Below, piece after piece: positions 1 to 11,270 of a stretch of 64,000 bases of DNA (position 1 is the stretch's first letter; each line of letters starts with the position of its first letter). The position numbers and the translations under genes are program-made. The notes beneath the pieces were generated by a model. That model worked only from the letters and a program-made list of their open reading frames with translations, had not been told where the DNA came from and ran no database searches. The stretch is from Octopus sinensis (lineage: Eukaryota). Where the stretch lies: the NCBI RefSeq assembly GCF_006345805.1, contig NC_043010.1, positions 47,244,001-47,308,000 of the forward strand, in the 5' to 3' direction.

Positions 1-428
1 GACTATGAACAAGAGGTTCTGGAATCATTGTTTTCATTTATAGTTTTGTCTATTTTTATATCCTTTCAATGACCCATGTTAGCAAGGGTCAGATAGCGTT
101 GTGAATTTTAAATAGTTGCATAAACTATTGCAATAAGCTGCCATAAATCATCATTATTCTCTTAATGCTAGTTTTAGACTGGATTACAAATGTGTACTGT
201 AGTACGTATGGCCACTCCTGTTGATGAATCTGTGAGGATCAATGTCCTGAATTCTGATTTCATCTATGCTACCTTTAGTGAATTGGTTTCCTGAAAAGGT
301 TAAATAATATTAATAAGCTTTGAATTAAGTTGCCACAGTATGAAGATGATGTGTATGCAAATAAGAATAAAATAAAAATATGTATGTGTGTGTATATATA
401 TATATATATATAAAGAAGCAAGACATAC

Positions 429-512
429 CATGTTTTGCGAAGGTTTTAAGGATAAACGCGCTTGTTTTCGCCTCTGTTTCCGGTAGTATGTTTCAAAAGT
501 TTCCCGTGCACC
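429..512 (-). CDS. EXOC6: EXOC6 coding exon: GARETFETYYRKQRRKQARLSLKPSQNM
   Basis: Acceptor cttattctgtctag|GGT, donor ATG|gtatgt. 84 nt. Matches ETFENYYRKQRKKQARLVLQP. Confidence 0.96.
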
Positions 513-834
513 CTAGACAGAATAAGAGAAAAGTGAAATTAAAAGGAACCAGTGGTTTATTTCAGTTTGTTTACTACTTCAGCTCAACAGCTGAGATAAA
601 TAACAATGATAAATAAGGTGCATGATATTGCTAGAGTGATACTATACAAAAATGGAAACTACTAAAATAAAATAAAACCTATGAATTAGAATGATAAGAA
701 ACCAAAGATTTGGCACAATAATGCCTTTACTGAGGACACAAGTGAAACCATCATAAGTGAGAGCTGATATGGAGGTGTATTAAGTGCTCACCACAAATAA
801 CAAAACCTTACACAAACTAATATTTAGGAGGTTG

Positions 835-1350
835 AAGGTGGTGAGCTAGCAGAATCATTAGCACACCAGGCAAAAATGTTTAGCGGAATTTTGTCCTACT
901 TTACATTCTGAGTTCAAATTCTGCCAATGTTGATTTTTAAGGTGACGTGCTGGCAGAATCACTAGCATGCCAAGCAAAATTCTGAGTGGAATTGCATTTG
1001 TCTTTACATTCTGAGTTCAAATTCCACTGAGGTCGACTTTGCTTTTCATCCTTTTGGGCTCGATAAAAAGAGTGCCAATTGAACGCTGGAGTTGTTGTAA
1101 TTGACATACCTGCTCCCTTGAAGTTGCTGGCCTTGTACCAAAATTTGAAATCATTATTCGTATTATTAAGGTAGCAAGGTGGACAAAGTGTTTAGTGGTA
1201 TTTTGTACATCTTCATGTTTTGAGTTGGGGTTGACTTTGCCTTTCATCCTTTTAGGGTTGACAAAATAGGTACCAGTCAAGTACTAAGGTTGATGTAATC
1301 AACTTCTCCCACCCAACAAAGACTTCTAACCTTGTGTCAAAATTTGAAAC
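835..1350 (+). mobile_element. Tandem cluster of 3-4 partial tRNA-derived SINE copies (here 'family A')
   Basis: Repeated ggtgagctggcagaatc..ttctgagttcaaattc..gtcgactttgcctttcatccttt modules with box-B-like gagttcaaattc. Confidence 0.85.
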
Positions 1351-1854
1351 AGTTCTTATTATTAATATTATAAGCACATTAGGGTAGTGGGTTGGCAGAA
1401 TCAGTAGAGGTGGGTAAAACTATCATCATCACTGAAAGTTTGCTTTTAACATGCTTGCATGGGTTGGACTGGCCTTCTTTAGCAAAGCATCCCACTGCTT
1501 GTTGCAGTCCCTTATCAACATGTTCATTGAAGTCCAACCTCCTGAGATCTTTCATCACATCTTCTCATGTCTTCTTTTTCTGAGTATAATATGAAATCAA
1601 ATACACAATATACCTTTGCTTTACATTCCCTTGCTTAAATAAAGTACCAGTCAAATATTGGGGATGACATAAATGACTATCTACCCATCCCGAAAAAAAT
1701 GGTTAGCCTTGTGTGTATTTAAAAAAATTATAGTTTTATTCATGCCATTGCCTATGTTACATTCCTAGTAAAAACATTTGATTCTTTCCAAGTTTACACA
1801 GCCAAAGTGTTAAGAATCAAACACAAAAACCAGTATTTTTTCGATAATACTTAC

Positions 1855-1923
1855 CAAAACTGAATATATATGAAGGCATCTGTAAACTGGTGAGAAGTCA
1901 ATTAGGTCCTGAGCACTAAGTTC
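1855..1923 (-). CDS. EXOC6: EXOC6 coding exon: ELSAQDLIDFSPVYRCLHIYSVL
   Basis: Acceptor ccctttcag|GAA, donor TTG|gtaagt. 69 nt. Near-identical to the QDLVDFSPVYRCLHIYSVL motif. Confidence 0.97.
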
Positions 1924-2084
1924 CTGAAAGGGAAAAGGAAATAAAAATGTACATCATGGTAGAACAGAAGACTATCAATCAGTTGCTGTGCTTTTGAAGT
2001 TACAAATAGCTGTAAACAGCATTTGATTTTCTTTGTTTGTCCCCACCCTCATGTGTAGGATGAAGTTACTTATCCCAGGTCAGC

Positions 2085-2420
2085 TCTCATAAAGTTGTGA
2101 CCCCCTTCGGTCATGAATGACCATGGGATTGCACCTAGAAAGTTACCCTCTGAGGCACAAGTCTGGGCAAGGTTGCTTTATGGAAGACCAGCAGTCGCCC
2201 ACGCATACCAGCCTCCCCTCTCCATGCCACAGATGTTATCCAAGGGAAATGCAAAGGCCGATACAGCTTGGCACCAGTGACATCGCAGCTCATTTATTAA
2301 TTATTAATGTGCAAGTGGCTGAGCACTCCACAAACATGTGTACCCTTAACGTAGTTCTCGGGGAGATTCAGTGTGACACAGAGTGTAACAAGGCTGGCCC
2401 TTTGAAATACAGGTACAACA
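2085..2420 (-). mobile_element. Two abutting SINE-like repeat fragments
   Basis: 2300-2420 is the reverse complement of the body of the tRNA-headed repeat at 9240-9550 (aagtggctgagcactccaca..cccttaacgtagttctc). 2085-2295 is a second repeat recognised as an octopus SINE body. Confidence 0.6.
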
Positions 2421-3422
2421 GAAACAAAGCATTCCAGCAGCAATCATCCGGTCCTTTTGTGTATCTAGGACTACACTGTCCAATGTTTCTTTCTTTTGTC
2501 ATTTCAGATAGAAGTGTGTAGTTTGAGAGAGATTTTGCTGCTATTTCTAGTAGGTTGAGTAAGAGTATAGGCACTACCTCACAGGCTCAAAGTTTGGTTG
2601 CTATTTATCATAGGTAGATTAGTTAGTGTGGTGGAAATTTCTCAGTGGTTTATTTTGATTCCTAACTACAAAACATTTCACTTGACTTTCTCTTAAAGGC
2701 CAACTTGTTATTGCTGTGTAACCACAGGTCAGTTTTGTAGTTGTCAGCCAAATTTAGGTGCAATCCGGAGAGCCAGATAGAACGTGTCCTGATATTTATT
2801 CCAACTCTTTACCTACTATGAATCATTATTGAAGCAGTGGAGGTGCAGAAATTGTGGAATGATAGACTAAAGGCCTTGCAATATTTACATCTGTGTATAT
2901 TTTGAGTTCCAGTCTTGCTATGGTTGATTTTATCTTCCACACTTCTGAGATTAATAAAATAAATACTAAGTATTGGGGTCATACTAATCAACTGACAAAT
3001 CTTGGTCTTAAGCTAACATGGTAAAATAGCATTATCATTATTCTCAAGAGAGGGCATCAAAGTCATCACTCAACCTGCTAGAAACAGCAGTCAAACCTTC
3101 CTCAAACCACACCCTATAGTTATAAACAAGACAGGGCACATTGGATAATTGATTTCTTTGAAATATCATGTCTGGAGATGAAAAATTGGATAGGTCATGG
3201 CTGGAGTGCTTCTGATCACAGATCTTGGTTAGAGCTGAACTGAGGTTAAAAGAGGCCAGACTATATACTTTATGGTCTCTAGTCTGGTGCTTTACATTAG
3301 TTTGTAAAAATACTGCTTATATTTTGACAGAATAAAAAGCATCAATACATACTCAACAGAATCTGAGAACAATATTTGGTAGAGCTTTAGTATGATACTC
3401 AGAAAATTAATAATATAATACC

Positions 3423-3952
3423 AATATATATTAGTGAGAGAGGCAGCATTAATACCAAGAGGTAATATTTATCCCCATTTAACGTGGATGTTCTATTACA
3501 ACAAACTATTCTATGGTAGATACTACGATAGAAACTCTCATATAGGCTTTTAGTGCAAAATGCACTCTTGTTTATATATCACTAGTGGGGAGATAAATCC
3601 CCACAAACTCCAGCACCGAGACCACCAGATCACGTAATTTCAACCTTCATTGGTCTTATCAATGATGGACACTTGACCTCTAGAGATAGTATCAACTCAT
3701 CTCTCCAACAGTGATAAATATGAAAAAAAATGCTAGAACAGGTACTGGTATCGCGATTAGCCAGTGAGCTTGTTAAAAAATATATATTAGCAACGGAGGC
3801 AGTATTACTATCAGGAGGTAATATTTATTCTCATGTTGGTTTTTTGTGCAAAATGCAAAAAAGCCAATGTGAGCATTTCTCTCACGGTATCTACCATAGT
3901 ATAGTAAGTTCTAACACAACATCCATGTTTAAGTAGGAATAAATATTACCTC
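3423..3952. mobile_element. Unclassified non-autonomous element with nested inverted and direct repeats
   Basis: Perfect 16-bp IR gaggtaatatttattc (3815-3830 / 3937-3952). 3459-3565 is an inverted, diverged copy of 3846-3952. 3423-3477 repeats directly at 3779-3833. Confidence 0.55.
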
Positions 3953-4066
3953 TACTGAACCAGAGTTACACTCAATCAACTGAACTTCACACACACAAAC
4001 AAACTAAGAAAACTTGTGCTAAGGATAATAATACTGAAATTATATTGAAAATTTCTGTATGCTTAC

Positions 4067-4201
4067 TTCATCTAGTTGTTCCTCCTCAGATTCTTCTTGG
4101 ACTTGAGGTATCTCTCCAGTGAATGGATTAGGGGGTGGTGGTGCTCTACGCCGACGTTTCTGTTTCACAATGGAGGGATCAATATTGTTCTGCTCAGCAG
4201 C
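4067..4201 (-). CDS. EXOC6: EXOC6 coding exon (variable linker): AAEQNNIDPSIVKQKRRRRAPPPPNPFTGEIPQVQEESEEEQLDE
   Basis: Acceptor catttcag|GCT, donor GAA|gtaagc. 135 nt, phase 0-0. Occupies the position of the acidic linker before LTVQDLVDFSP in EXOC6. Confidence 0.9.
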
Positions 4202-4265
4202 CTGAAATGACAAATGTATAAGTATGTACAAATGTATAAGTATGTACAAATATGTGTGTGTATAT

Positions 4266-4301
<36 letters not shown>

Positions 4302-5076
4302 TATCGTTATCATTATTCTCAAGAGAGGGCATCAAAGTTATCACTCAACCTGCTAGAAACAGCAGTCAAACATTCCTCAAACCACACCTATAGTCATAAA
4401 CAAGACAGGGCACACTGGATAATTAATTTCCTTGAAATACTATATCTGGAGATGAAAAAGTGGATAGGTCATGGCTGGAGTGCTTCTGATCACAGGTATT
4501 TTTGGTTAGAGCTGAACTGAAGTTATTATCAGTTAAAACATACTTGGGGCATATTTGAACCCAAGAGAAAGTCATTCACTGTTTTTTGTCATGGAGAAAA
4601 TTTCTCACTGTAGACAAATAGTGTAAATACACCAAAATCAGTTCACAGCACCATACACACGCAGAGTTTGTTATAGTCATGCATACAAAACACAAGAGCT
4701 CAGATAGTATTTACATACATACACCACAAACAGGGAAATTAATTTTTAATTTCCTGAAATTGGTTTTTAAGAGTTGTCAACAACTGCAGCTTGGTTTTTG
4801 CTTACTTTCTCCAAGCATTGAGGCAAATTTTAATTCATTAAGAATTTTTTTGAGATACAGTATACAGCCATATGAGGTACATCATTCAGTTTATATCTGA
4901 ATTGTGTAGCATACTAGGATTTAGAGATCATTGCATACCCTGGCCAATAAATGCCCCAAAATGAAAAAAAAAATTAAATCTCAGGGTTATAAAGAGTAAG
5001 AGAAGAATTTGAATTATTAGGTGCTTTTAGAGAGAAAACCTGTGTGAGACACAAATGGAATAAACTACTGAAAGTG

Positions 5077-5116
<40 letters not shown>

Positions 5117-5434
5117 GTGGCTTATTAGCAATTTACCAACCAAAAGGCAAAATTATAGATGTCACTAAAGTGACACAGGGAACTAAGTAGTACCAGCACT
5201 GCTAGAAATAAGAGTCAAAACAACTCAATAGACACAGATAGCACCATCTTAGTGACTGACAAAGGAGACAAGCTTCCTACAGTGGATATAGCCAGATCAC
5301 CGGTGATTTTGAATTTTGATGCTAGAGCATCTGAATACTCATCAGTGGCTCTTACTGCACCTAGGGTTAAACTCAACTCATACACACACACACACACACA
5401 TACATGCAAAATATTGAAAAGTTGTATGACATAC

Positions 5435-5639
5435 ATGTCTCATGGCCACCTCCCCAATCCGAGCTGAATGTTTGCGGATGTTTTCCAAGAAGTCTTTCAA
5501 GTCAGACATTGAAGCATCTTTAATGCTCTCCCGTAGCTTTGGAATGGCATCGGCCATTGTTTGAGAGAACCAGTGTGTATTGACCCTTGGAAGGAATGTG
5601 TGTTCAAGTTGTTCCAGAGTTTTAAGGGCAGGGTAATAT
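5435..5639 (-). CDS. EXOC6: EXOC6 coding exon: (R)YYPALKTLEQLEHTFLPRVNTHWFSQTMADAIPKLRESIKDASMSDLKDFLENIRKHSARIGEVAMRH
   Basis: Acceptor gtcttttcag|A, donor CAT|gtatgt. 205 nt. Strong Sec15 motif SMSDLKDFLENIRKHS. Confidence 0.97.
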
Positions 5640-6289
5640 CTGAAAAGACAGAAATGATTCATGTTAGGGATGGAAATATGAGGGAACAGTTTTTTTATTA
5701 GGTTCATATTGTTTTTATTATTTTACTACTTTAAATCATTGAGCTGTGGTCAGGCTATGGCACAGCTTTCAAGGCTTTTGATCCTGGGTATTACATGTTT
5801 TTTACAACATAAAAATATACTACAAGAAAAAAAAAATGCCAGATTGCCTCTAACTAGATTATATCATGCTTATACATGAACTTTTGCATCTATTGATTAT
5901 TTTTTTTTTTATAATTATCAGTTTGTAACCACCAGAGTATAAGTTTATCAAAATGATCTCAGATCAGAGATCTGTTCAAATGATTGTTGAAGTATTTCCA
6001 GGAGCCATGTGGTGCTGTTAAAAATACATAATGTATTGAGTCTACTACCCAGAAAGAATTACAGTCTGTCCAACAGGTTTCTGCATAGTGTAAGTGTTTG
6101 TCAGTCTATTTGATTTTGGTGAAGAGGTTTGGATTAAACAGAGGCTTCAAAAGAAAACTCATTTGTAAGATGACACATAATGAAATCAAATCTGAGACCA
6201 TGACCAAAGCAAACTTCTTAAACCATGCAGCACCTGTGCCAGCATTATTTTAACAGCAATGACATTCACAATACAAGCTGAGTATTTAC

Positions 6290-6335
6290 CTCTTGCTTTT
6301 CATCTGTTCCTTAAGTTTACCATACATCTCTAGCA
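6290..6335 (-). CDS. EXOC6: EXOC6 small coding exon: (V)LEMYGKLKEQMKSK(R)
   Basis: Acceptor ttctattttcag|TG, donor AAG AG|gtaaat. 46 nt. Matches VLEMYSKLKEQMSAKR of vertebrate EXOC6. Confidence 0.95.
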
Positions 6336-6639
6336 CTGAAAATAGAAAACGGTAAAGAATTATTGCATGGTAGTACCAGCAGGAGCAGGAGAAGAAGAAG
6401 AGGTGGTGGTGGCAGTTTGTTTTATTGACCACAAGGGCCTAAGACATTAAGGACAATACAAGAATGAAATACAGACACACTAATTAGCATTTAGATTGAA
6501 TAAAAAAAGTATTAAAAAAGCAACAGAATATAACAAAACTTCTAATGTAGAAGAGGAGAGAACAACTAGGGTACTTTAGGGCAAAAAGCTCACATACAGA
6601 GGTCAAGATTACTCTGCTACATGCAAGACATCAAAAATG

Positions 6640-8770
6640 ATCTCCCCAATTTATTTTCTCCAACTTAGAAAAGCACATTCAGGGTAGGCTCATTCAGCCT
6701 TAACCACCTTTCTTTAAGCATATTAGAAGGTGACACTTTATTCTCTATATCCATTTTTTCAAGTGATATTGAAAAAGTTGATGAGAGCTTGGCCAGAGAG
6801 GAAAATGCTTGTCTTCAAATTGTTCATATGAATCTACCACAGCACTTCTTTTACCATAATCAGCAGGCAGTAGAAACCATCTGCCCTTTCCTATCAAGGG
6901 AAGGTGGCTTGGCTGATAGCTGGATTAGTCCTACCTGTGACAGAACCTGTTTGACACAGCCCCATAAGTCAGCAATGCAAAGACACTGACTGGTTGCATG
7001 CAGGACGACTTCTTCAATCTGAGCACATCTCAGACATTGGCACCTCTGTTGTCCCCAGCTGGAACTGGAACACTGGACTATTGCAAGTTGTTCATAGTTC
7101 CTAACTCAGAAGCCTTCTAAAAGAGACTGCTCAGACTGTGTTCTCATTGCTGTCTAGAGTTGTTCCTGGCCATTGTCACTCGTACTCTTCCTTAACCATT
7201 TATGAAATGCAAGAGTTGTTTTCCAGCCAAAAGTATTATTCAGCTGGTAGGGTACCATTGGGTTACTGACAACATGTAGATGCCATTCAACTTCGATTTA
7301 TGTCTGGCTCATGACTGTAGCTTGGTTAAAGAGATGAGCTGCTAAAAGATCTATCATACAAAAGATGCCTATACCAATTCAGTCTCATTTTCATTGTTAA
7401 TGTCACAGTGGCTAAGATACTCCTGTAAGTGTATCAGGCTCATAGTGTGCAGAAAAGCATGCACTCCATAATTCTTGGGGCAAGGATGATATCTAAGCTA
7501 CAGTTCACTGATGTGAAGTAAGCATTAAAAATTTCTGCTTAACCATTTACAGGCAGTTTATTCTAAACACACTTCTGAGTGAGACTAACCACCCAGTTTG
7601 CAACCTCTTACCAGTCCTAACCAGACCCTCAGTCAAGCAACAGAAATTGCTGCTAACCAGTAAAGATTCACCTCTCCAGATGCCAAGCTGTAAGCCCACT
7701 GATTGGATATGGTTGATGTGAGCTTCTTCTATTTGCTGCAGGTACTCTTCCAGTATAGTGTCAATCACTTCTATATCCAAGGTGTCCAACACTATGTTGC
7801 CCACTATAGTTTTTCTGTGGCCTGGTTCAACCAGGATGTGACTCAAGGTTTACAACTTTTGCAGAAGAGGCTCCAAGAACCAAACCATACAGCAGAAAAG
7901 TGCAAGTGTATAGCTATAAAACAAAACAGTTCCAGAGATGGGTATTTATTTTGACCACTGAACAGCTGTTACTGTACATTGTAGTGATCAAACCTCTGAA
8001 GACAGGACTGAAATAAACTGTTCTTAGGTCAGTTGCCAGTGCCCTGCCAAAATCAGATCTTTTCTTAACCAGCTCCATTGCATGCGGAGGAAGCTATCAT
8101 GGATAGATCTGCCAGTGATAGAACAGACTTGTGCACCTCCAACTACACTACAAATGACAAGCATTAGCTTCTTGGTGAGCACTTTTGCCAAAACATTTAG
8201 ATCTGAACTGAGCAGTTATGGGTCGGAAGTTTTCTATTATGTCCTCTTTGTTAGGGTCTTTCCTCAACAGTGTCACCACTCTCAGCTCAAATGATTGGAA
8301 ATGCACCTAGTCTGCTGCAAGCTGCAACAGTTAGCAGCTAAGACAGGATCAAATAAGTCTGGTTGTGGAAATAGGAGAAAAGATATATTTGCACCTTGCC
8401 GCCAGTATAGCAGCAGCCTAGCACTGTCACTTTATCTGCTGAAATAATTGACTTTTCACAGCACTCTGTCTCTCTACACAAGAGTCATAGTAAGCCATTG
8501 AAGTAGGTATTGAATTCTATCATTTCCAGTTCATCTCTCATTAAGAACAGTTTAGCAAAGTGCTGCTGGAAAACAGCACGTGTCTGCTGCAAATCAGATA
8601 GCTGATACCCACTCTGGTTTGTCAAAGATCAAATTGTGGCTTTGGTGCCATGCTGAGCTTGGGACCAACAAATGCCTTTCATGCTATTATGTTTCAACAC
8701 ATGCATTCTATAACAATATTGTACAGCAGAATGCTATGGTTTCTCAAAGCACTACAAACAATGCTAAAGA
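6640..8770 (-). mobile_element. Decayed L1/Tx1-clade non-LTR retrotransposon (RT to C-terminal CCHC region)
   Basis: Minus-strand frames give VVTLLRKDPNKEDIIENFRPIT..VLAKVLTKKL..GAQVCSITGRSIHD (RT domains 1-2) and QRCQCLRCAQIEEVVLHATSQC (CCHC knuckle), with many stops and frameshifts. Confidence 0.85.
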
Positions 8771-8829
8771 AGCGACAAAATCATTAAATGTATGGCATTA
8801 AATCATAATTAATAACTTAGAATATAGAT

Positions 8830-9062
8830 ATTATAAATATAGTTGTTTGTATCGTTGTTGTTGTTGTTGTACATATTTAAATTCCAACGTATTTTTGTGA
8901 ATGACCTTTCAATCTCGGATAGGCATTGGATGGTATTCACCTTATTATATACAGCATATTTTGGTGGTAGTTGAAGTATCGATCTTTCATCTGGGACTTC
9001 AACTACCACCAAAATATGTTGTATATAATAAGGTGAATACCATCCAATGCCTATCCGAGATT
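8830..9062. mobile_element. Penelope-like element fragment folded into a 67-bp-arm inverted repeat
   Basis: Peptide LQLPPKYAVYNKVNTIQCLSEIERSFTKIRWN resembles the region N-terminal to Penelope-like RTs. Arms 8911-8977 and 8996-9062 have one mismatch. Confidence 0.55.
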
Positions 9063-9239
9063 ATAAATATAATTTTTGAAAAATTCAAGAAGATAATTAT
9101 TTGAGAGAGTCAAAGATTAAGACACATGGGTTGTGGGCAGAATCAGAGGAAAAAATACCTAAAGATTGACAATCACTGGTAAGTTTATATGTTGGATACC
9201 AGTGTTTATCATTCTTGTTGATTCACCCTCTACTACAGA

Positions 9240-9550
9240 TGAACACATGGCTTAATGGTTACGGTATTCAGGTTACAATTTTAAGGTCATGAGTTCAATT
9301 CCTGGTAGCAGAGCAAGACACTTTATTTCATGTTGCTCCAGTCCACTCAGCTGGCAAAAATGAGTAGTACCTGTAATTCAAAGGGCCAGTCATGTTACAT
9401 TCTCTATCAAGCTGAATCTTCCTGAGAACTACATTGAGGGTACTCGTGTCTGTGGAATGCTCAGCCACTTGCACATTAATTTCACAAGCAGGCTGTTCCA
9501 TTGATCGGATCAACTGGAACCTTCCTTGTCATAACTGATGGAGTGCCAGC
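9240..9550 (+). mobile_element. tRNA-headed SINE (third family)
   Basis: Head atggcttaatggtta..gagttcaattcctgg (A/B boxes). The body recurs inverted at 2300-2420 and 57065-57165. Confidence 0.75.
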
Positions 9551-10391
9551 TGTTGTTAGTTGTTGAGAACAAACAGTAGGAAGACAGGATTACAGACAGA
9601 AAACATCTCTAAAAGTAGATCTGACTTAACAGCCTTGGGTTGGCTCAAATCCAGTGGATAGGCTTTACCGCTTCCTAGGTGGTATACTTAATACATCAGC
9701 TAGTTTACTACCACCATCTGGCCTTGGGAGCTAATTCTGTTGCAAGCATCAAGACAAATCATTGGTCTGAGGACAACCTGCAACATCACGATATATTGTA
9801 GTAGTGTCTTCATCCTACTCTCACTAACCTCAGAAACATTGTGAAAGGTCATGGGTACTACCCTTCATTCTCTGACTAAGCAACGAACAAAAAAAAAAAA
9901 CCCTATTAATATCACCATGATACAGATAACTATATACAGCATTTTTTTAATATTTTAAAGTCAATTTTCTATTTCCTCTATCTTATTTTATTCTTTTTTT
10001 CTCCCCTCTCCCTTTCATTGTTGCTAATGGCTGTTCATTTCTTTCTTGATTATAGCTTTCTTTAGGAGACTAACGCATTCTGGCATGCCTTAACTTCCAA
10101 TAACATTAGAAGCCATTATCCTAATTTATGTTCCTTATTTCATTTCTTTCTTTCTTTTCTTTTTTTTTTTTGCCTTCTTTGAAGTTGCTTCAGAATAAAT
10201 CAGAAAGACTTCTAAGAATCAAAATAATTTTTATTCAGTATTCAATCCTGTCATTACTATACTATGTGGTTTCATTCAAACAACATTCTTCTTGTTTTGC
10301 TGAGATTTAAAATTTTTGTTGAACAAATTTTTCCCTTTCTTAATTTACTTTTTGAACTGAGTAACATCCTTAGTGACAAATTTCATATATA

Positions 10392-10726
10392 CTCTCTTTT
10401 ACTTGTTTCAGTCATTTGTTTGTGGCCATGCTGGAGCACTGCCTTTAGTCGAGCAAAACGATCCCAGGACTTATTCTTTGTAAGCCTAGTTACGGGAATG
10501 TAAACACACCACCATCAGTTGTCAAGCAATGTTGGGGGGACAAACACATATATATACATATATACGACGGGTTTCTTTCAGTTTCCGCCTACCAAATCCA
10601 CTCACAAGGCTTTGGTTGGCCCGAGGCTATAGTAGAAGACACTTGCCCAAGGTGCCACGCAGTGGGACTGAACCCGGAACCATGTGGTTGGTAAGCAAGC
10701 TACTTACCACACAGCCATTCCTGCAC
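10392..10726 (-). mobile_element. tRNA-derived CORE-type SINE (here 'family B')
   Basis: Reverse complement of ggctgtgtggtaag..ttccgggttcagtccc..ggcaccttgggcaagtgtctt (CORE-like)..tail gactgaaacaagtaaaagag. Further copies at about 11296-11655(-), 14690-14800(-), 21505-21818(-), 25695-25830(-), 27135-27390(+), 27838-28165(-), 29265-29620(-), 33470-33636(-), 40125-40362(-), 45940-46310(+), 56325-56710(-) and 59885-60250(+). Confidence 0.9.
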
Positions 10727-10959
10727 CTAAATAATGTTATGAATTAGAGAATATATGTATATAACTACTACTAGATCACCATCATCATCATCAGTATCAT
10801 ATTATGCCAGCCATCCATGCTAGCATGGGTTGGGCAGTTTGACAGGCATTAGTAAGCTGGAAGGTAGCACCAAGTTCTACTGTCAGCTTTGGCATGGTTT
10901 TTATGGCTGGTTGCCTTTCCCTACACCAATATAAATACATGTGTGGGTGTATATATCTA

Positions 10960-11270
10960 TATATACTTTTATTTCGCTTTTGTATCTGGTTTGCAAGATT
11001 CTTTATGTGGATTTGTGTGTTGAAGCAAATTATGTTGTCTAGGGAGAGTCATATTGTCTTAATGCCTTAACACACTCACTGGTTTGATTTCCACTCATTT
11101 ATTATTTATATTCTTTTTCTTCCAAAATTTTCGTTGCTTTTAGCAACCTCATCAATGGATGTTGAAAATTTTGGAAGAAAAAATATATAAATAAGTAAGT
11201 GGAAATTGAACCGATGTGTTAGATAATAAGGCATTAACACAATAATACTCTCCCCAGACACAACATAATA
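10960..11270. repeat. Two tail-to-tail copies of an unclassified repeat forming a ~100-bp-arm foldback
   Basis: 11031-11132 pairs with 11164-11267. The same family recurs at 23670-23861. Confidence 0.75.

Larger units (their letters stand above)
3032..4520 (+). repeat. Pair of ~212-bp direct repeats (3032-3243 and 4307-4520) flanking the 4067-4201 exon
   Basis: Direct alignment by eye gives about 14 differences (~93% identity). They belong to a dispersed family also seen near 2515, 26680, 32410, 38000 and 40085. Confidence 0.9.
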
